Shown here one piece after another: positions 20,501-31,649 of a stretch of DNA of 64,000 bases. Location of the stretch: the IMG/VR virus record IMGVR_UViG_3300010391_000186, positions 1,947-65,946 of that record, one strand, 5' to 3'. How positions within the stretch are numbered: position 1 is the stretch's first letter; each line of letters begins with the position of its first letter. The DNA is from a virus (taxonomy: Duplodnaviria > Caudoviricetes). A model generated the notes under the pieces. The model saw only the letters and a list, made by a program, of their open reading frames with translations, did no database searches and was not told the origin of the DNA. A program made the translations under genes and the position numbers.

Positions 20501-20773
20501 ATGAGTAATTTAGTAAACTATAAAAAAGAATTTGATGTATTCAAAGAAGAACAGTGGAATAAAATTCTATCAGTTCAGCATAAGAATTATTCTCCAGATT
20601 ATGCATTTACAAAAGGTCATTTTATAGAAGAAATTCTTGAATGCTTTCAAATAAAAGGAACTGCTGAAGGAGAAACAGTAAAAAATATTCTTATGTCTAA
20701 AGAAATAGATGATACTGAACTTGTAGATACTGCAAATATGTCTTTCGCAGTAAAGATATTTAGACCAAAATAA
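20501..20773 (+). CDS. MazG/DUF550-like all-alpha NTP pyrophosphohydrolase
   Basis: HFIEEILE ... ELVDTANM (ExxE...ExxD). Confidence 0.55.
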   Translation: MSNLVNYKKEFDVFKEEQWNKILSVQHKNYSPDYAFTKGHFIEEILECFQIKGTAEGETVKNILMSKEIDDTELVDTANMSFAVKIFRPK

Positions 20774-20990
20774 AATGATTCAAACCATGACAATATTTAT
20801 AGACTATCTATTAACATATCTGCTTATAGGATATGCTCTTTCCATAACAGTATGCTATAAACAGATAATTGAATCTATCAAAATATGTTGGTTTAATATT
20901 TTTTCTGAAATATTTGCTGTTTCAGTATTATCTTTTATATATCCACTTGCTATCGTTTCATACTTGTATTTCATAATAAGATATCCAAAT

Positions 20991-21019
20991 AAGTCTTAAA
21001 CAAAAGCAGTATTTAAATA
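20991..21019 (+). promoter_or_regulatory. AAGTCTTAAAC motif plus TATA box
   Basis: Motif at 20991-21001, tttaaata at about 21012, ATG at 21051. Confidence 0.65.
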
Positions 21020-21050
21020 AACATAAAACATAAAGCTAAAAGAGGACATA

Positions 21051-22028
21051 ATGCTAGTTGATAAATATGCATCACAAACACTAAATGATATCAAGCTGGA
21101 CGATAAAGCTATAGATACTATTATTGCTTGGATCAATAGCTGGAATCGTGGATTACCTTCACAGGAAAAACCAGCTCTTCTTTTAACAGGATTCCCAGGA
21201 ACAGGAAAGACAACTGCTGCTCGCTGCATATGTAATGATGCTGAATGGCTTCTTCTAGAACTCAATGCTTCCGATTCACGAAGAAAAGAAGATTTATCTA
21301 AATTTACTCCTGAAAGATCGCTTATGGGAAACATTACTTGCATACTATTTGATGAAGCAGATTCTTTTGGGGATAAAAAAGAAGATAAAGAAAAAAATGA
21401 AAGTAGTGAAATCAAAGAAAAAAGCGAAAGGAACAAAGATAAAACAGGAATTCCTTATGTTGTAGCAATGATAAGAGAAAGGAGATTTCCAATAATACTT
21501 ACTGCAAACAACGCTTTTAAAGTACCAAAAGAAATTAAAGCACTGTGTGAATCATTGCAGATCTATCGTCCTTCTGTAAATGCATTAAAAGCTTATCTAT
21601 ATGATATTTGTAAGAAGGAAGGACTCAACCCGACAAACGATATTCTTAATGCAGCAGCGCAATGCCAAGACTATAGAATGGGTCTAAGCATGATAGAGAA
21701 CAATATAATTCTATCTAAAAATATCATAAAAACTGGAATTGAGGAAACTGTTAGAAATCTATTGCTGAATAATGAAGCAAATATAGAAAACCCAAAAAAG
21801 ATTCTATACAATCTAGATGCAAACATTTCAAGATTATACAGTCCATTAGAACTATATGAAACATATAATATTCTTTCTCGTGTTGATATTCTTAGAAGAC
21901 GTGGTCAAACAAAACACGCTATAACATTATTGAAAACTATTCCAAAAACAACACTTGAAGAATTTGAATTGATTCCCCCAATTTATATTGAAAGAAAGAA
22001 AGCTGTGATCAAAAATGATAACTTGTGA
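21051..22028 (+). CDS. rfcL: Replication factor C large subunit
   Basis: LVDKY, GFPGTGKT, ELNASDSR, FDEAD and PIILTAN motifs. Confidence 0.88.
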   Translation: MLVDKYASQTLNDIKLDDKAIDTIIAWINSWNRGLPSQEKPALLLTGFPGTGKTTAARCICNDAEWLLLELNASDSRRKEDLSKFTPERSLMGNITCILFDEADSFGDKKEDKEKNESSEIKEKSERNKDKTGIPYVVAMIRERRFPIILTANNAFKVPKEIKALCESLQIYRPSVNALKAYLYDICKKEGLNPTNDILNAAAQCQDYRMGLSMIENNIILSKNIIKTGIEETVRNLLLNNEANIENPKKILYNLDANISRLYSPLELYETYNILSRVDILRRRGQTKHAITLLKTIPKTTLEEFELIPPIYIERKKAVIKNDNL

Positions 22029-22222
22029 AAACTGCTTAAATGTTGAAGGATGTGCTGGCAACGATTCAGGAATATTTCCTTGTCCAGATTTTGAACGTAT
22101 GTATCATGTATTAAATGAAACAACAGGAAAATTTATAAGAGATTCATATTCATCTCCTGTTGAAGCATGGAGAAATTATATGTATGTTAGTAAAGGAATA
22201 TTTGACTGGATAGCGTGAAAAT

Positions 22223-23938
22223 ATGCAGATTGAAATTCAGTATCATGGATTCCGAGCAACACATGATAATATAGTTGTTGATATTAAACAAGAAAAAGAT
22301 ATCTGGAAGTACGATTTTAGTGCTGTGCATGACGAAAATGGAAAACCAACCGCAAGACCTATTTGCGCTCCATTTACAACAAGAACACTTCCTTGGATAC
22401 AGCAAAGATATAAAGATACACTTATAATTAGATCACTACAAAGTGAAATGGATCAAACAGACGCAGAAATATTCGCAACACATCTCACGTTTGAACTTTA
22501 CAAAGTTTCTGATGCATATCTTGAACTGCAAGCAACACGATCTGGTTACAGCTATGCAACAAACATTCAAGGAATACCAACATGCAACATAAAGGGAAAA
22601 CTTCATCCAGCAATGGATATTTATAATGGAGTATTCTATCTTGGATATCGTTTCGTAGACGAACTTGGAAATAAAAAAGAATGGATGATAGATAATGAAA
22701 GACATGTTCATACTCCAGAAGGATTACTGCAAGACGGACTTATTCTTAAGGATAAAGCAATAGTAGGCGAACAGAGATGGATAAATCTAACATACTTAGA
22801 ACAGAAGCCTATAAATGCACTGAATTTATATAAAACAATCAAGCATAAAGCAGTTAATCATATCTGGTTTTCAAATCCGCTTGCATATGATATTCTTACA
22901 TTGTGGATAATGGGAACATATCTTTATTGGGGATTTTCATCTTATCCATACTTTCATTTAAGTGGAACACCCGATAGCGGAAAATCAACAGTTCAAAGAC
23001 TTACTTCGTGTATTGCATTCAACGGATACTTTACAGAATCAATAACAGGTTCTTCAATATTTAGATATGTTGAAGAAATGCGTTCTACAATGTGTATAGA
23101 TGAACAAGAATTTCTTGCTAATGAAAACAACTTAGAAGCAATATCAATCCTTAACAGTGGATATCATAGAGCAGGAAACGCAACAAGACAAGAGCAACAA
23201 ACAAACAGTAACGGTGATAAGAAATTTGTTACCATGTCGTTTTCTACGTTCTCTCCAAAGATGCTTTCTGGTATAAGAGGACTAGATAGGACACTTAAAA
23301 CAAGAAGTATAAGTGTTCCAATGAAACCATCTTCTGATCCAAAATATAGTAGGAGACCTATTGATGATACAGACCCATCATGGCAAGCTATGCGAGATGA
23401 ACTTTATATCTGGGCAATAGATTCTTTTGAAAAGATTCAGGAATGCTATTCTGATGCAAGGGGTCAGAAAAGTGTTGATATTAAAAACAGAATGTGGCAG
23501 AAATATCATGCACTTTTATCACTAGCAATATACTTTAAAGAAATAAATCCCCAGTCTGATATTTATGATAATGTAATAAAGTTCATCCAGGAAGATCAAG
23601 AACCAACACTTGAATATGATGATTATTTAATAGATTTATGTTACAAAGTTCTTTGGTTCTGTCTAAATAAGTTTCCAAATCCATCTGATCATTATTCTTT
23701 CGAATTAATTAGAACCGAAGCTGCTACAATGCTAGGAGCGCATCCTCCTTATGATTTTAAGTCAGAAGATTCTCCACTACACTTCCTTAAAGATATTAAT
23801 AAAATGTATAATACTTTAGGATATAAATCTATAAAACTTGGTGGAAACTATCGTGGAATAAAAGCAACAAAATCACTTATAGAAGAAGAAGCTAAGTCTA
23901 GAGGAATAGCACTGAATACACCGTTAATCAGATTATAA
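22223..23938 (+). CDS. P-loop ATPase, putative replicative helicase
   Basis: SGTPDSGKST, CIDEQE, LNSGY and TLKTRS (arginine finger). Confidence 0.65.
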   Translation: MQIEIQYHGFRATHDNIVVDIKQEKDIWKYDFSAVHDENGKPTARPICAPFTTRTLPWIQQRYKDTLIIRSLQSEMDQTDAEIFATHLTFELYKVSDAYLELQATRSGYSYATNIQGIPTCNIKGKLHPAMDIYNGVFYLGYRFVDELGNKKEWMIDNERHVHTPEGLLQDGLILKDKAIVGEQRWINLTYLEQKPINALNLYKTIKHKAVNHIWFSNPLAYDILTLWIMGTYLYWGFSSYPYFHLSGTPDSGKSTVQRLTSCIAFNGYFTESITGSSIFRYVEEMRSTMCIDEQEFLANENNLEAISILNSGYHRAGNATRQEQQTNSNGDKKFVTMSFSTFSPKMLSGIRGLDRTLKTRSISVPMKPSSDPKYSRRPIDDTDPSWQAMRDELYIWAIDSFEKIQECYSDARGQKSVDIKNRMWQKYHALLSLAIYFKEINPQSDIYDNVIKFIQEDQEPTLEYDDYLIDLCYKVLWFCLNKFPNPSDHYSFELIRTEAATMLGAHPPYDFKSEDSPLHFLKDINKMYNTLGYKSIKLGGNYRGIKATKSLIEEEAKSRGIALNTPLIRL

Positions 23939-24263
23939 AATATGAGCAAATACGGAAAACTTATTAGAGTTCAATCTTGTAGCGAATGTCCAAAACTTAT
24001 GATTAAGTGGAATGATATAAGTAAAGGATATACTGATTATTGCTGCAGATTACAGCATAAAAAAGAAGAATCAGAACAAGATAAAATCATAAAGAACATA
24101 AAGAAAATTCCAAGATGGTGTCCATTGGAGGATTATCCATGATAAAGAATCGTGTCCAAATATTAAATCCAAGAACAAATCGCTGGACTAAAATAGACAC
24201 AAAAACTGGATTTATTATTAGTCACAAAAAAGATAAGTTGAAATACAAAGGAATTCAAATACT

Positions 24264-24938
24264 ATGAATCTAACACAAAAAGATATTGAAAAAGGAAAGC
24301 GCATACTTAAATTTGAAAAACTTTCAGAAGTAACTTCAGATTCTGTCTTTGCTGCTGGAATATACTGCATATTATCATCACGAGAATTCTTCAAAAAGCA
24401 AGTTCAAGTCTATCATAATTTAGAAATAAATGAAATGATAACACCAAAATCGATACTTGCCGATACGAAAAAACTGCGTGAATGTGTTGCTCATATTCGT
24501 GCTCCAAATCAAACACACGATAGACTTATTGGATATGCATACTGGTGGTCTCATTCTGATATTCCAAAGCGTCTTATAAAAGACGCAAATAATGGACACG
24601 ATAATGGAATGTTCCTTAGGAATAAACTAGCAGTAGAAGTTCCCGGGGTTGGTCTTAAAATTGCATCATTGATCCTAATCAAAGCAGGATACGAAAACGT
24701 TTCTGCGCTTGATGTCTGGCTTCTACGTTGGCTCAAGGATAAGTTTGGATTTATTCCTAGTGGAGGAAAAGAAAACATTACGAATCATAAAGAGTATATT
24801 AAAGCGGAAAAGCTACTCGAACCCATAGCAGAAGAATTCAATGCAACTCAAGCACTAACCCAATGCTCAATATGGGGCAAGTCTGCAAATTGGATGAGTC
24901 ATTATCAAAAACAGCCTGAAGAATTTCGAGTTGATTAA
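24264..24938 (+). CDS. HhH-GPD N-glycosylase/DNA lyase (archaeal Ogg2-like)
   Basis: CILSS...RNKL...VPGVGLKIAS...GYENVSALDVWLLR...Y...E. Confidence 0.75.
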   Translation: MNLTQKDIEKGKRILKFEKLSEVTSDSVFAAGIYCILSSREFFKKQVQVYHNLEINEMITPKSILADTKKLRECVAHIRAPNQTHDRLIGYAYWWSHSDIPKRLIKDANNGHDNGMFLRNKLAVEVPGVGLKIASLILIKAGYENVSALDVWLLRWLKDKFGFIPSGGKENITNHKEYIKAEKLLEPIAEEFNATQALTQCSIWGKSANWMSHYQKQPEEFRVD

Positions 24939-25052
24939 TAATGTGTGAATATAGAGATAGATGTGAATTATATAAATATGATTCAAAAACGTGTGATAAA
25001 AATCCTATGAATTATTGCACGCAGTATAAAAAATTTAAGAATATTCCAAAAA

Positions 25053-25158
25053 GTTAATCACTAGTTAATCACTTGTTAAGACAAAATCGTTGTCTTAACT
25101 ATATTAAAATCACGCAGCTAATAACAGAAGATTCAGTAAAAAGTTAATCAGTTAATCA
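25053..25158. repeat. Iteron-like cluster: 4x GTTAATCA plus a 10-bp inverted repeat (candidate origin)
   Basis: GTTAATCA at 25053, 25064, 25143 and 25151. GTTAAGACAA-N5-TTGTCTTAAC at 25075-25099. Intergenic and followed by AT-rich DNA. Confidence 0.7.
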
Positions 25159-25588
25159 AAAACATACATCAGCTATAGTATATACATAATATAATGATTT
25201 AATAGAGATACAAAATGGTAAAAAATAACGATCCGTTAAAACTATGCAGCGTTTGTTCTATAGACAATGGTAGAGAATGCGGTTACCATGGAAGTCTCCG
25301 TTGCAACTATAAAGAAAAGATAAAACACAAACAGACTTCTTTGAGTTAAGATATGAAAAACACCTGTAAGTATAAAGAAAGATGTGAAAAAGAACTTAAA
25401 ATAAATTGTAATGAAACAGAAGATAATATAAAATGTTATAATTATCTTGGATTCGAATATGTGTGGTTAGAATTATGACTGATAAATATTACTGCAAACT
25501 ATGCGCTCACAAACTTCTAGAAATCTGCAAGTTGTGTAGAAATAGAATAGGAAAAGTGCCAAGCATGTTCAAACCGTTTGAAGCTCCA

Positions 25589-25618
25589 AAGTCTTAAACA
25601 AAAACAATTATTATATAT
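25589..25618 (+). promoter_or_regulatory. AAGTCTTAAAC motif plus TATA box
   Basis: Motif at 25589-25599, ttatatat at 25611, GAGGACAT at 25641, ATG at 25652. Confidence 0.65.
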
Positions 25619-25814
25619 CATGCTGCTAATATTGTTTAAAGAGGACATATTATGACATCATCACAAGAATATATAATATCAAATCCTAGTATCTGGGATT
25701 TAAAATATGAAATTACATTAATGATTTTGCTTGTAGCTGCATTGATATTTATTATATGGCATTTTGCATACAAAGAAGGACAGGAATCAATGAGATTTAA
25801 TCCGCCGGTGTAAC

Positions 25815-26372
25815 ATGGAAACTGATTTCACAAAATTAAAAGAACTAAAATACTGCATACGCACGAAGCATTCAAAAGATATGCCTTTGAAGCAACCAAG
25901 AATGAATTGTGCATTCTTAGAAGGAAAAAAATGTTCTTTTCATCCAGCACACATTGATTATTTGGAAGCAAATAATATGATGAATAGTCGCAGTTTTCTA
26001 AAATTTAGATGTGTCTTATTCAACAGTGATGGATTAACTGCTTCTGAGCAAAAGGATTATGATAGAGCTTTCATAGCAGTCCAGAAAGAAGAACTTAGAC
26101 AATGTAAAAAGGATTATGATATTCTAGAAAAAGTTAAAAAGCTTGTTTCAAAAGAAGCGTTTGAAGACATAGAAAACGAGCTTGAAGAATCTGAACACTG
26201 GATAAATCTCCGTATAGTAGATGAACCTGAAGGAGACTTGCAAAAGTCAGAAAGCTGCTTCAAAGTATTTATAGATCAAAATTCTGGAGGCGTCTCCGGT
26301 GATTCTTATGCAGGGACGGTATGTATAGAACTGCCAAATGGAAAATATCTAATCTGGGACTATTGGATGTGA
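25815..26372 (+). CDS. Hypothetical phage protein
   Basis: 185-aa ORF with C-terminal GDSYAGTVCIEL..GKYL.W. Confidence 0.6.
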   Translation: METDFTKLKELKYCIRTKHSKDMPLKQPRMNCAFLEGKKCSFHPAHIDYLEANNMMNSRSFLKFRCVLFNSDGLTASEQKDYDRAFIAVQKEELRQCKKDYDILEKVKKLVSKEAFEDIENELEESEHWINLRIVDEPEGDLQKSESCFKVFIDQNSGGVSGDSYAGTVCIELPNGKYLIWDYWM

Positions 26373-26691
26373 TTATCAGAGATTTCATATACTATTATCT
26401 ACAATATGAAAGAGCAGCTTTCTAAACGCTGCATGAGGACATATATGTTGGAACAACTATCAAAAACAACAGGAAAATCAAGGAACTTGCTGCTGTTTGA
26501 GTTCCAAAAAGATAAGCATCCGATAACTTTTAAGAGATGGCTCAAAGAAGAACAGCTCCGTAAGACTGGAAAACTTACTTCTTTTGTGAATGGAAAAGTA
26601 GATAAATCTCCTATTATAGAGCTGATAAATAATCAGCTAGTAGAAGTTCCTTTTCCAGAAGGAATTCGTAACATGTGGGGGGTGATTTAAT

Positions 26692-27579
26692 ATGATAAAG
26701 AAGCCCATGCTTGCAGCAACGCTCGAACCAGAAGATCTTAGAACTGTCATATATCCTGTTTTCTGCACCCCAAAACTTGATGGGATACGCTGCTTAAAAA
26801 ACGAAGGAAGAGCAGTAACACGCAAGTTTAAACCCGTTCCAAATACATTTATAAGAACAACTATAGAAAAGTTTGCACTTGAAGGAATGGATGGAGAAAT
26901 CATAATTGAAGGAATGAACTGGAATGAACGTTCTTCAGCTATTATGTCAGAAGACGGTGAACCAAATTTCACATACATGGTCTTTGATTACTGTCAGGAT
27001 CCCTCTGAAGGATATAACAATCGTATGAGAAATCTATTTGGCTGCATACATGAATTCAAGTTTCCTCATATAAACTGTCTTTTCCCTGTTCAAATAAATA
27101 ATGAAGCTGAACTGCTTGTATTTGAAACACAGTGTTTATCAGAAGGACATGAAGGAGTCATGCTGCGTTCTCCAAGCGGTCCCTATAAGTTTGGGAGATC
27201 TACGCTTAAAGAAAGATATCTAATGAAGTTCAAGCGTTTCACTGATGGAGAAGCAGTTATTCTCAGTTTATATGAGAAGATGCACAACACCAACAAAGCT
27301 ACAATAGACGCACTTGGTCACAGCAAGCGTTCCTCTCATCTTGCAGGACAAGTCCCCGCTGGGACCCTTGGTGGATTCTGGGTTCGTGATTTAAAGTCTG
27401 GACAAGAATTTGGGGTTGGAACTGGAGAAGGACTTAACGATGAACTTCGTGCTACAGTATGGAACAACCAAACACAATATATCGGAAAGATTCTGAAGTT
27501 CAAATCACAGGAAAGTGGGGCAAAAGATAAACCACGATTTGGAACATTTATTGGATTCCGTGATGAGCGTGATATGTAA
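26692..27579 (+). CDS. lig: Minimal ATP-dependent DNA ligase
   Basis: Motif I KLDGIR, DGEI, FD, EGVMLR, YKFGRS, MKFK and terminal PRF...R. Confidence 0.93.
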   Translation: MIKKPMLAATLEPEDLRTVIYPVFCTPKLDGIRCLKNEGRAVTRKFKPVPNTFIRTTIEKFALEGMDGEIIIEGMNWNERSSAIMSEDGEPNFTYMVFDYCQDPSEGYNNRMRNLFGCIHEFKFPHINCLFPVQINNEAELLVFETQCLSEGHEGVMLRSPSGPYKFGRSTLKERYLMKFKRFTDGEAVILSLYEKMHNTNKATIDALGHSKRSSHLAGQVPAGTLGGFWVRDLKSGQEFGVGTGEGLNDELRATVWNNQTQYIGKILKFKSQESGAKDKPRFGTFIGFRDERDM

Positions 27580-27681
27580 TGGAACCACAGTGTCTTGGCA
27601 TAGGATGTAATTACGATTGTGGTAACTGTGTAAACATAACAAACAGAACGCATCCAGAACCATTTATACCGGAGGAAGAAG

Positions 27682-28026
27682 ATGAATAAATTCAGCAAAG
27701 TTGAACCAAAGCATGTAATATTCGTCATAGCACTACTTCTTATTTTAAACAGCTTTGACGCTATATTCACTCTATATGTAATGGATAAATATGCAGTTCC
27801 AGAATTAAGTGGACTTGTTGCAGCAACCATGAAACAAGGAACATTTCTTCTTATAAAAATTGGAATACCATTACTTATAGGACTGTTTCTGTTAAAAGAT
27901 GTAAAGAAGTTCACAATAGATCAACGCTTGCAGATGTTCGCAATAGGAAAACTTGGAATACTATTCTATACAGAAATCAACTTCTTCAATATCTGGTATA
28001 TATTTCATCGTTTTGGAGGATTATGA
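27682..28026 (+). CDS. DUF5658-like membrane protein
   Basis: LNSFDAIFTL...EL...LLIKIG with hydrophobic segments. Confidence 0.55.
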   Translation: MNKFSKVEPKHVIFVIALLLILNSFDAIFTLYVMDKYAVPELSGLVAATMKQGTFLLIKIGIPLLIGLFLLKDVKKFTIDQRLQMFAIGKLGILFYTEINFFNIWYIFHRFGGL

Positions 28027-29187
28027 AATCAATAATTGAAGACACAAAAAGAATAATAAAAGGATACAGACCAAAGAATAGAAGTCTGCAACCAATATAT
28101 GAAGTTTCTAAAGATATATATACGTTTATGAAAGAGCAGCAATGGACAATTATATTATCTGTTGCTCTCTTCTTAGTAGGAACAGCAAGAGCGAAATATT
28201 CAAATTCTATAGAAATGTTTGGAGGACTTATTGGAATATTCTTAATACTTTTCATAACAAAGAGAATAATTATATTCTTAATCAGCACAATAATTAAAGC
28301 AGTAAAATTCGCTTACAGAACAGATAGAAAGATATAATGAGGACAGCAAAATGAAAAATAAAAGTAAGATTATAGAAGATAAAGATCCAGACTGGATGTA
28401 TAAATCAATTCTAAATGGAGCGTTCAGTGGAAGATCAAAAACAGACAAAGATGTAATAGGAAATAATGATGGATCAGAATATCCTCAATAAAGGAAAGAC
28501 AATGAAAATCAATGTAGGAAACCTAACATATTATATCGGGTGGTTCTTACTTCCAGCGTGTCTTATTCTATGTTTACTAGAATTTATCTATCATTTAGAT
28601 GAAAACAGAGAAAAGTTCTATTATCTAGATTCGCTAAAATGGTTCATACATTTAGAAACATCACAAAAAGTTGTTAGAATAATATTTATTCTATTAATTA
28701 CTGTTGTTTGCACTATTGCAGCAATCTTAATATTTACAGCGCCAGTTCAGTTTATTGAACCAAGACGAATATAATTTGAAGTGATAAAATGGAAACAAAA
28801 TATAAATTAATGGTATTAACAGTATTTCTTCTAGGAATACTTGTTGGAATAGGAATTTCATTTGTAGCAATCATAATCGGAATAAACAGTCTAGGACACA
28901 CTATTTCTTCTGTCAATGTTACACTTGCAATAAATGAATCAAAAATTATTGATTTTATGAATGAATCTATTATTCAAGGTAACATACCTAAATCTATGTC
29001 ATATGATGGCATATCTCAAGACAAACTAAATTCTTACTGCAAGTATAAAGGATATGATAGAGGAGATCTTGAAAGCAAATGGGAAGCAAATAGCACAGAT
29101 ATCGTATGTTCTAACAATAAAGGCATGGCAAATTATCACTACACAAAATCAGACTATAACGAATGGATAAGTTTTGGAATAGGATAA
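28023..29187 (+). other. Run of small membrane proteins (28023-28337, 28466-28774, 28789-29187)
   Basis: ORF track plus 1-2 hydrophobic helices in each. Confidence 0.55.
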
Positions 29188-29670
29188 TTATGTGTGATGA
29201 ATTTATAGATATTCCAGAAAAATTAATTCCTTTTTATATTGAGATCCAAAAACTTTTTGAAGAGGAACAATGCAAGAAAGAGTTTTGGACAAAAACGATT
29301 TAAACGATACTTGCCCATTTAAAACTCGAAAACATAGTTCGCACTGTCTTGTTGGCGATTGTTATTTTTATGATGAAATCTGTCCGATATACGCACGATT
29401 TTTAAGAATAGTCTGTAAGAATAGCGTAATACCAAAAACAATTTATAATCCAGTAACCGAAACTTATTATGAAATAAAACATGTTTCTACAAAACACGGT
29501 AGAAAAGGAAAGATTGTTGGAATGTGGAAAAAATAATAAAAGGAGAATATTATGCCTAGAGATGAAGTAATCAACAGCGCAATAAAAAATTATAGAAAGA
29601 AAGCAAAGATGATTGAAGACTTACGAATACAAGAAATGGAAAAGCTTGCATACGATTTTAGACACAATGC

Positions 29671-29991
29671 ATGATAGACGATATACTGCAAAATCTAATT
29701 TATCAACGCAGCGATCATTTTCTATGCAATAACTGTGAACTTTCATACTGCATGGATTATACCGAAGGAACTAAAATTTGTTCTGGAACTGTCAAGCAAG
29801 TTAATCCAGAAGTTCCTTATGATGTGATAAGACTTTGTATAAACACTTCTTTAGAAGGAACTCAGGTTTATGATTATACTCCAGATGAAGCGCACTCTAT
29901 AATATCAGTTCTATCTCATTCCGTTGGAAACTGGTTAAATACAACAAAAGCGTATCAAAAATTTAGATCAAGCAAAAAGCAGCATACATAA
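29671..29991 (+). CDS. Hypothetical Cys-containing protein
   Basis: 106-aa ORF, the last + strand gene before the integrase. Confidence 0.5.
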   Translation: MIDDILQNLIYQRSDHFLCNNCELSYCMDYTEGTKICSGTVKQVNPEVPYDVIRLCINTSLEGTQVYDYTPDEAHSIISVLSHSVGNWLNTTKAYQKFRSSKKQHT

Positions 29992-30063
29992 ATCACTAAA
30001 TGTAAATGGAGTATCGCTATAAATTAAAATAAAGACAGCATATAAAAATATGCTGCGAACGAT

Positions 30064-31032
30064 TTATAATAAAACTATTTTTCCTTTATTTAACACGCTT
30101 TCAAAGTGTGGAACAAATTTTTTATATTCTTCCTTCAGTTTTTCTGGAGTTGCTTTAAAATACGCTGCTCTTGTCGCAGGAATCTTATGTCCCATAAAAT
30201 ATTCTGCAAGTTCACCCATTCCCCATCCTCCAATATTTAGGATTGTGTTGAAAAACATTTTTCTTAAATTATGTGAATGAAACTTATTGTACTCTCTAAA
30301 ACCGGGTTCTCTCATACCAAGATTCATAGCAGTTACACGATACATTTCTAGAAACACATTTTCATTTATTTGTTCACCTTTTTCCAAGCATATCAAATAA
30401 TCACTGTCTTCTAAGTTCATCCTAGTTATCTGATTTATAGATAATTCTGTTGCTGTGGGTGAAAAAAAAGTATGGAACTTTACATTAGTCTTCTGACGTT
30501 GCATGTTTAAGCATGTTATATGATCTTCAGTAAGATTTTCTATAATCATACCCGCTTTAAGTTCACGAGCATCAGACATAGAAATACCAGATGTATATTG
30601 TATCGCAACGATCATTTGCATCAGTGGATCTGATATACGCATAGCATTTGATATATGTTCATCAGTAAGACTGAAATCATTTTCGATGCTTATTGTTGGA
30701 GCAGCTTCTCTCTTCAAAAGCTTCTTGGAAAGTGTTATATCATTTGATGCATAGAACGAACTTACTGCGGCGAGGTATGTTACTCTCGATGTTCGAGACA
30801 TATTCTCTCTTAAGTAATTCTTAAAGGTACCTATGTGGATAGGAAGAGATTGCTTGCTGTAAACAAGTCCGGATTCTTTTTCACACTGCTCAATCAAGTT
30901 TGAAGGAGTAAGACCTATAATACTGCAATACTTCCGCATGACAGTTGTATAGAGTTCTCTTGTATTATTTGTCTTAGACAAACACACTTGATTAAGCCAG
31001 TTAATCAACTTAGGATCATTATCTATTTGCAT
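30064..31032 (-). CDS. int: Tyrosine recombinase/integrase
   Basis: SAM-like N-terminal domain, RQKT, HNLRK, FMGH...TRAAY. The first catalytic Arg position reads SGISMSD. Confidence 0.9.
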   Translation of the reverse strand: MQIDNDPKLINWLNQVCLSKTNNTRELYTTVMRKYCSIIGLTPSNLIEQCEKESGLVYSKQSLPIHIGTFKNYLRENMSRTSRVTYLAAVSSFYASNDITLSKKLLKREAAPTISIENDFSLTDEHISNAMRISDPLMQMIVAIQYTSGISMSDARELKAGMIIENLTEDHITCLNMQRQKTNVKFHTFFSPTATELSINQITRMNLEDSDYLICLEKGEQINENVFLEMYRVTAMNLGMREPGFREYNKFHSHNLRKMFFNTILNIGGWGMGELAEYFMGHKIPATRAAYFKATPEKLKEEYKKFVPHFESVLNKGKIVLL

Positions 31033-31148
31033 TAGTCTTCACCTTCTTTGGGCAAGCTTCATAAACACAGTCATCTGTCAAATGTTCACACGTTCTGCAT
31101 TCATCTGGAATATTAACAACAAGAGTTCCTGGAGATAGATGCTGCATA

Positions 31149-31343
31149 TTAAATCACCTTTAAATGATCATAACAATCTTTACAGATAGTGTGTTCACTA
31201 AATTCTGGTTTGAATACAGCAACACGGGTATCACGAACACGAACAGTTCTAAATTCATACCCAATAGGATGTCCTTCTTTATTCGGGTCTTCTGGGTACG
31301 ACATTCCGCACCATTCACAATCTATTGTCTTATCTTTACTCAT
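31149..31343 (-). CDS. Small Zn-finger protein upstream of the integrase
   Basis: CEWC ... ICKDC, with GGTGA RBS on the minus strand. Confidence 0.55.
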   Translation of the reverse strand: MSKDKTIDCEWCGMSYPEDPNKEGHPIGYEFRTVRVRDTRVAVFKPEFSEHTICKDCYDHLKVI

Positions 31344-31649
31344 AGGGTTGGATCACCGTGTGCTACAATGCAGTTCACACTCATAAATTTAATTACTTAT
31401 TTTTATTAGTAATTTTGAAACAGCGCACTTCCTTTTCACTCCCCTTATAATTACTTAACAAATTAAATAATCTTTTGGACTGAACAACACGATTATCATA
31501 TCATTCACTCACTGCATACTGATATCTCGACACAGCACCATGAGAGAAGGAGATTCTTCTCGCATCAGACCTTAACATGTTGATATAAAATAGATGAACA
31601 TCGATTCCGAACGAACGTTTATATCATCTATCAAACATAATAGTATCTT

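Noticed and set aside
13437-20773. Known Z-base or 7-deazaguanine pathways
   Set aside because: No PurZ, DpdA, FolE, QueD or QueC was recognised, and both radical SAM proteins are too long and differently built to be QueE.
25053-25158. GTTAATCA repeats as a mini-CRISPR array
   Set aside because: The units are 8-9 nt with 0-3 nt gaps and there are no spacer-sized unique sequences.
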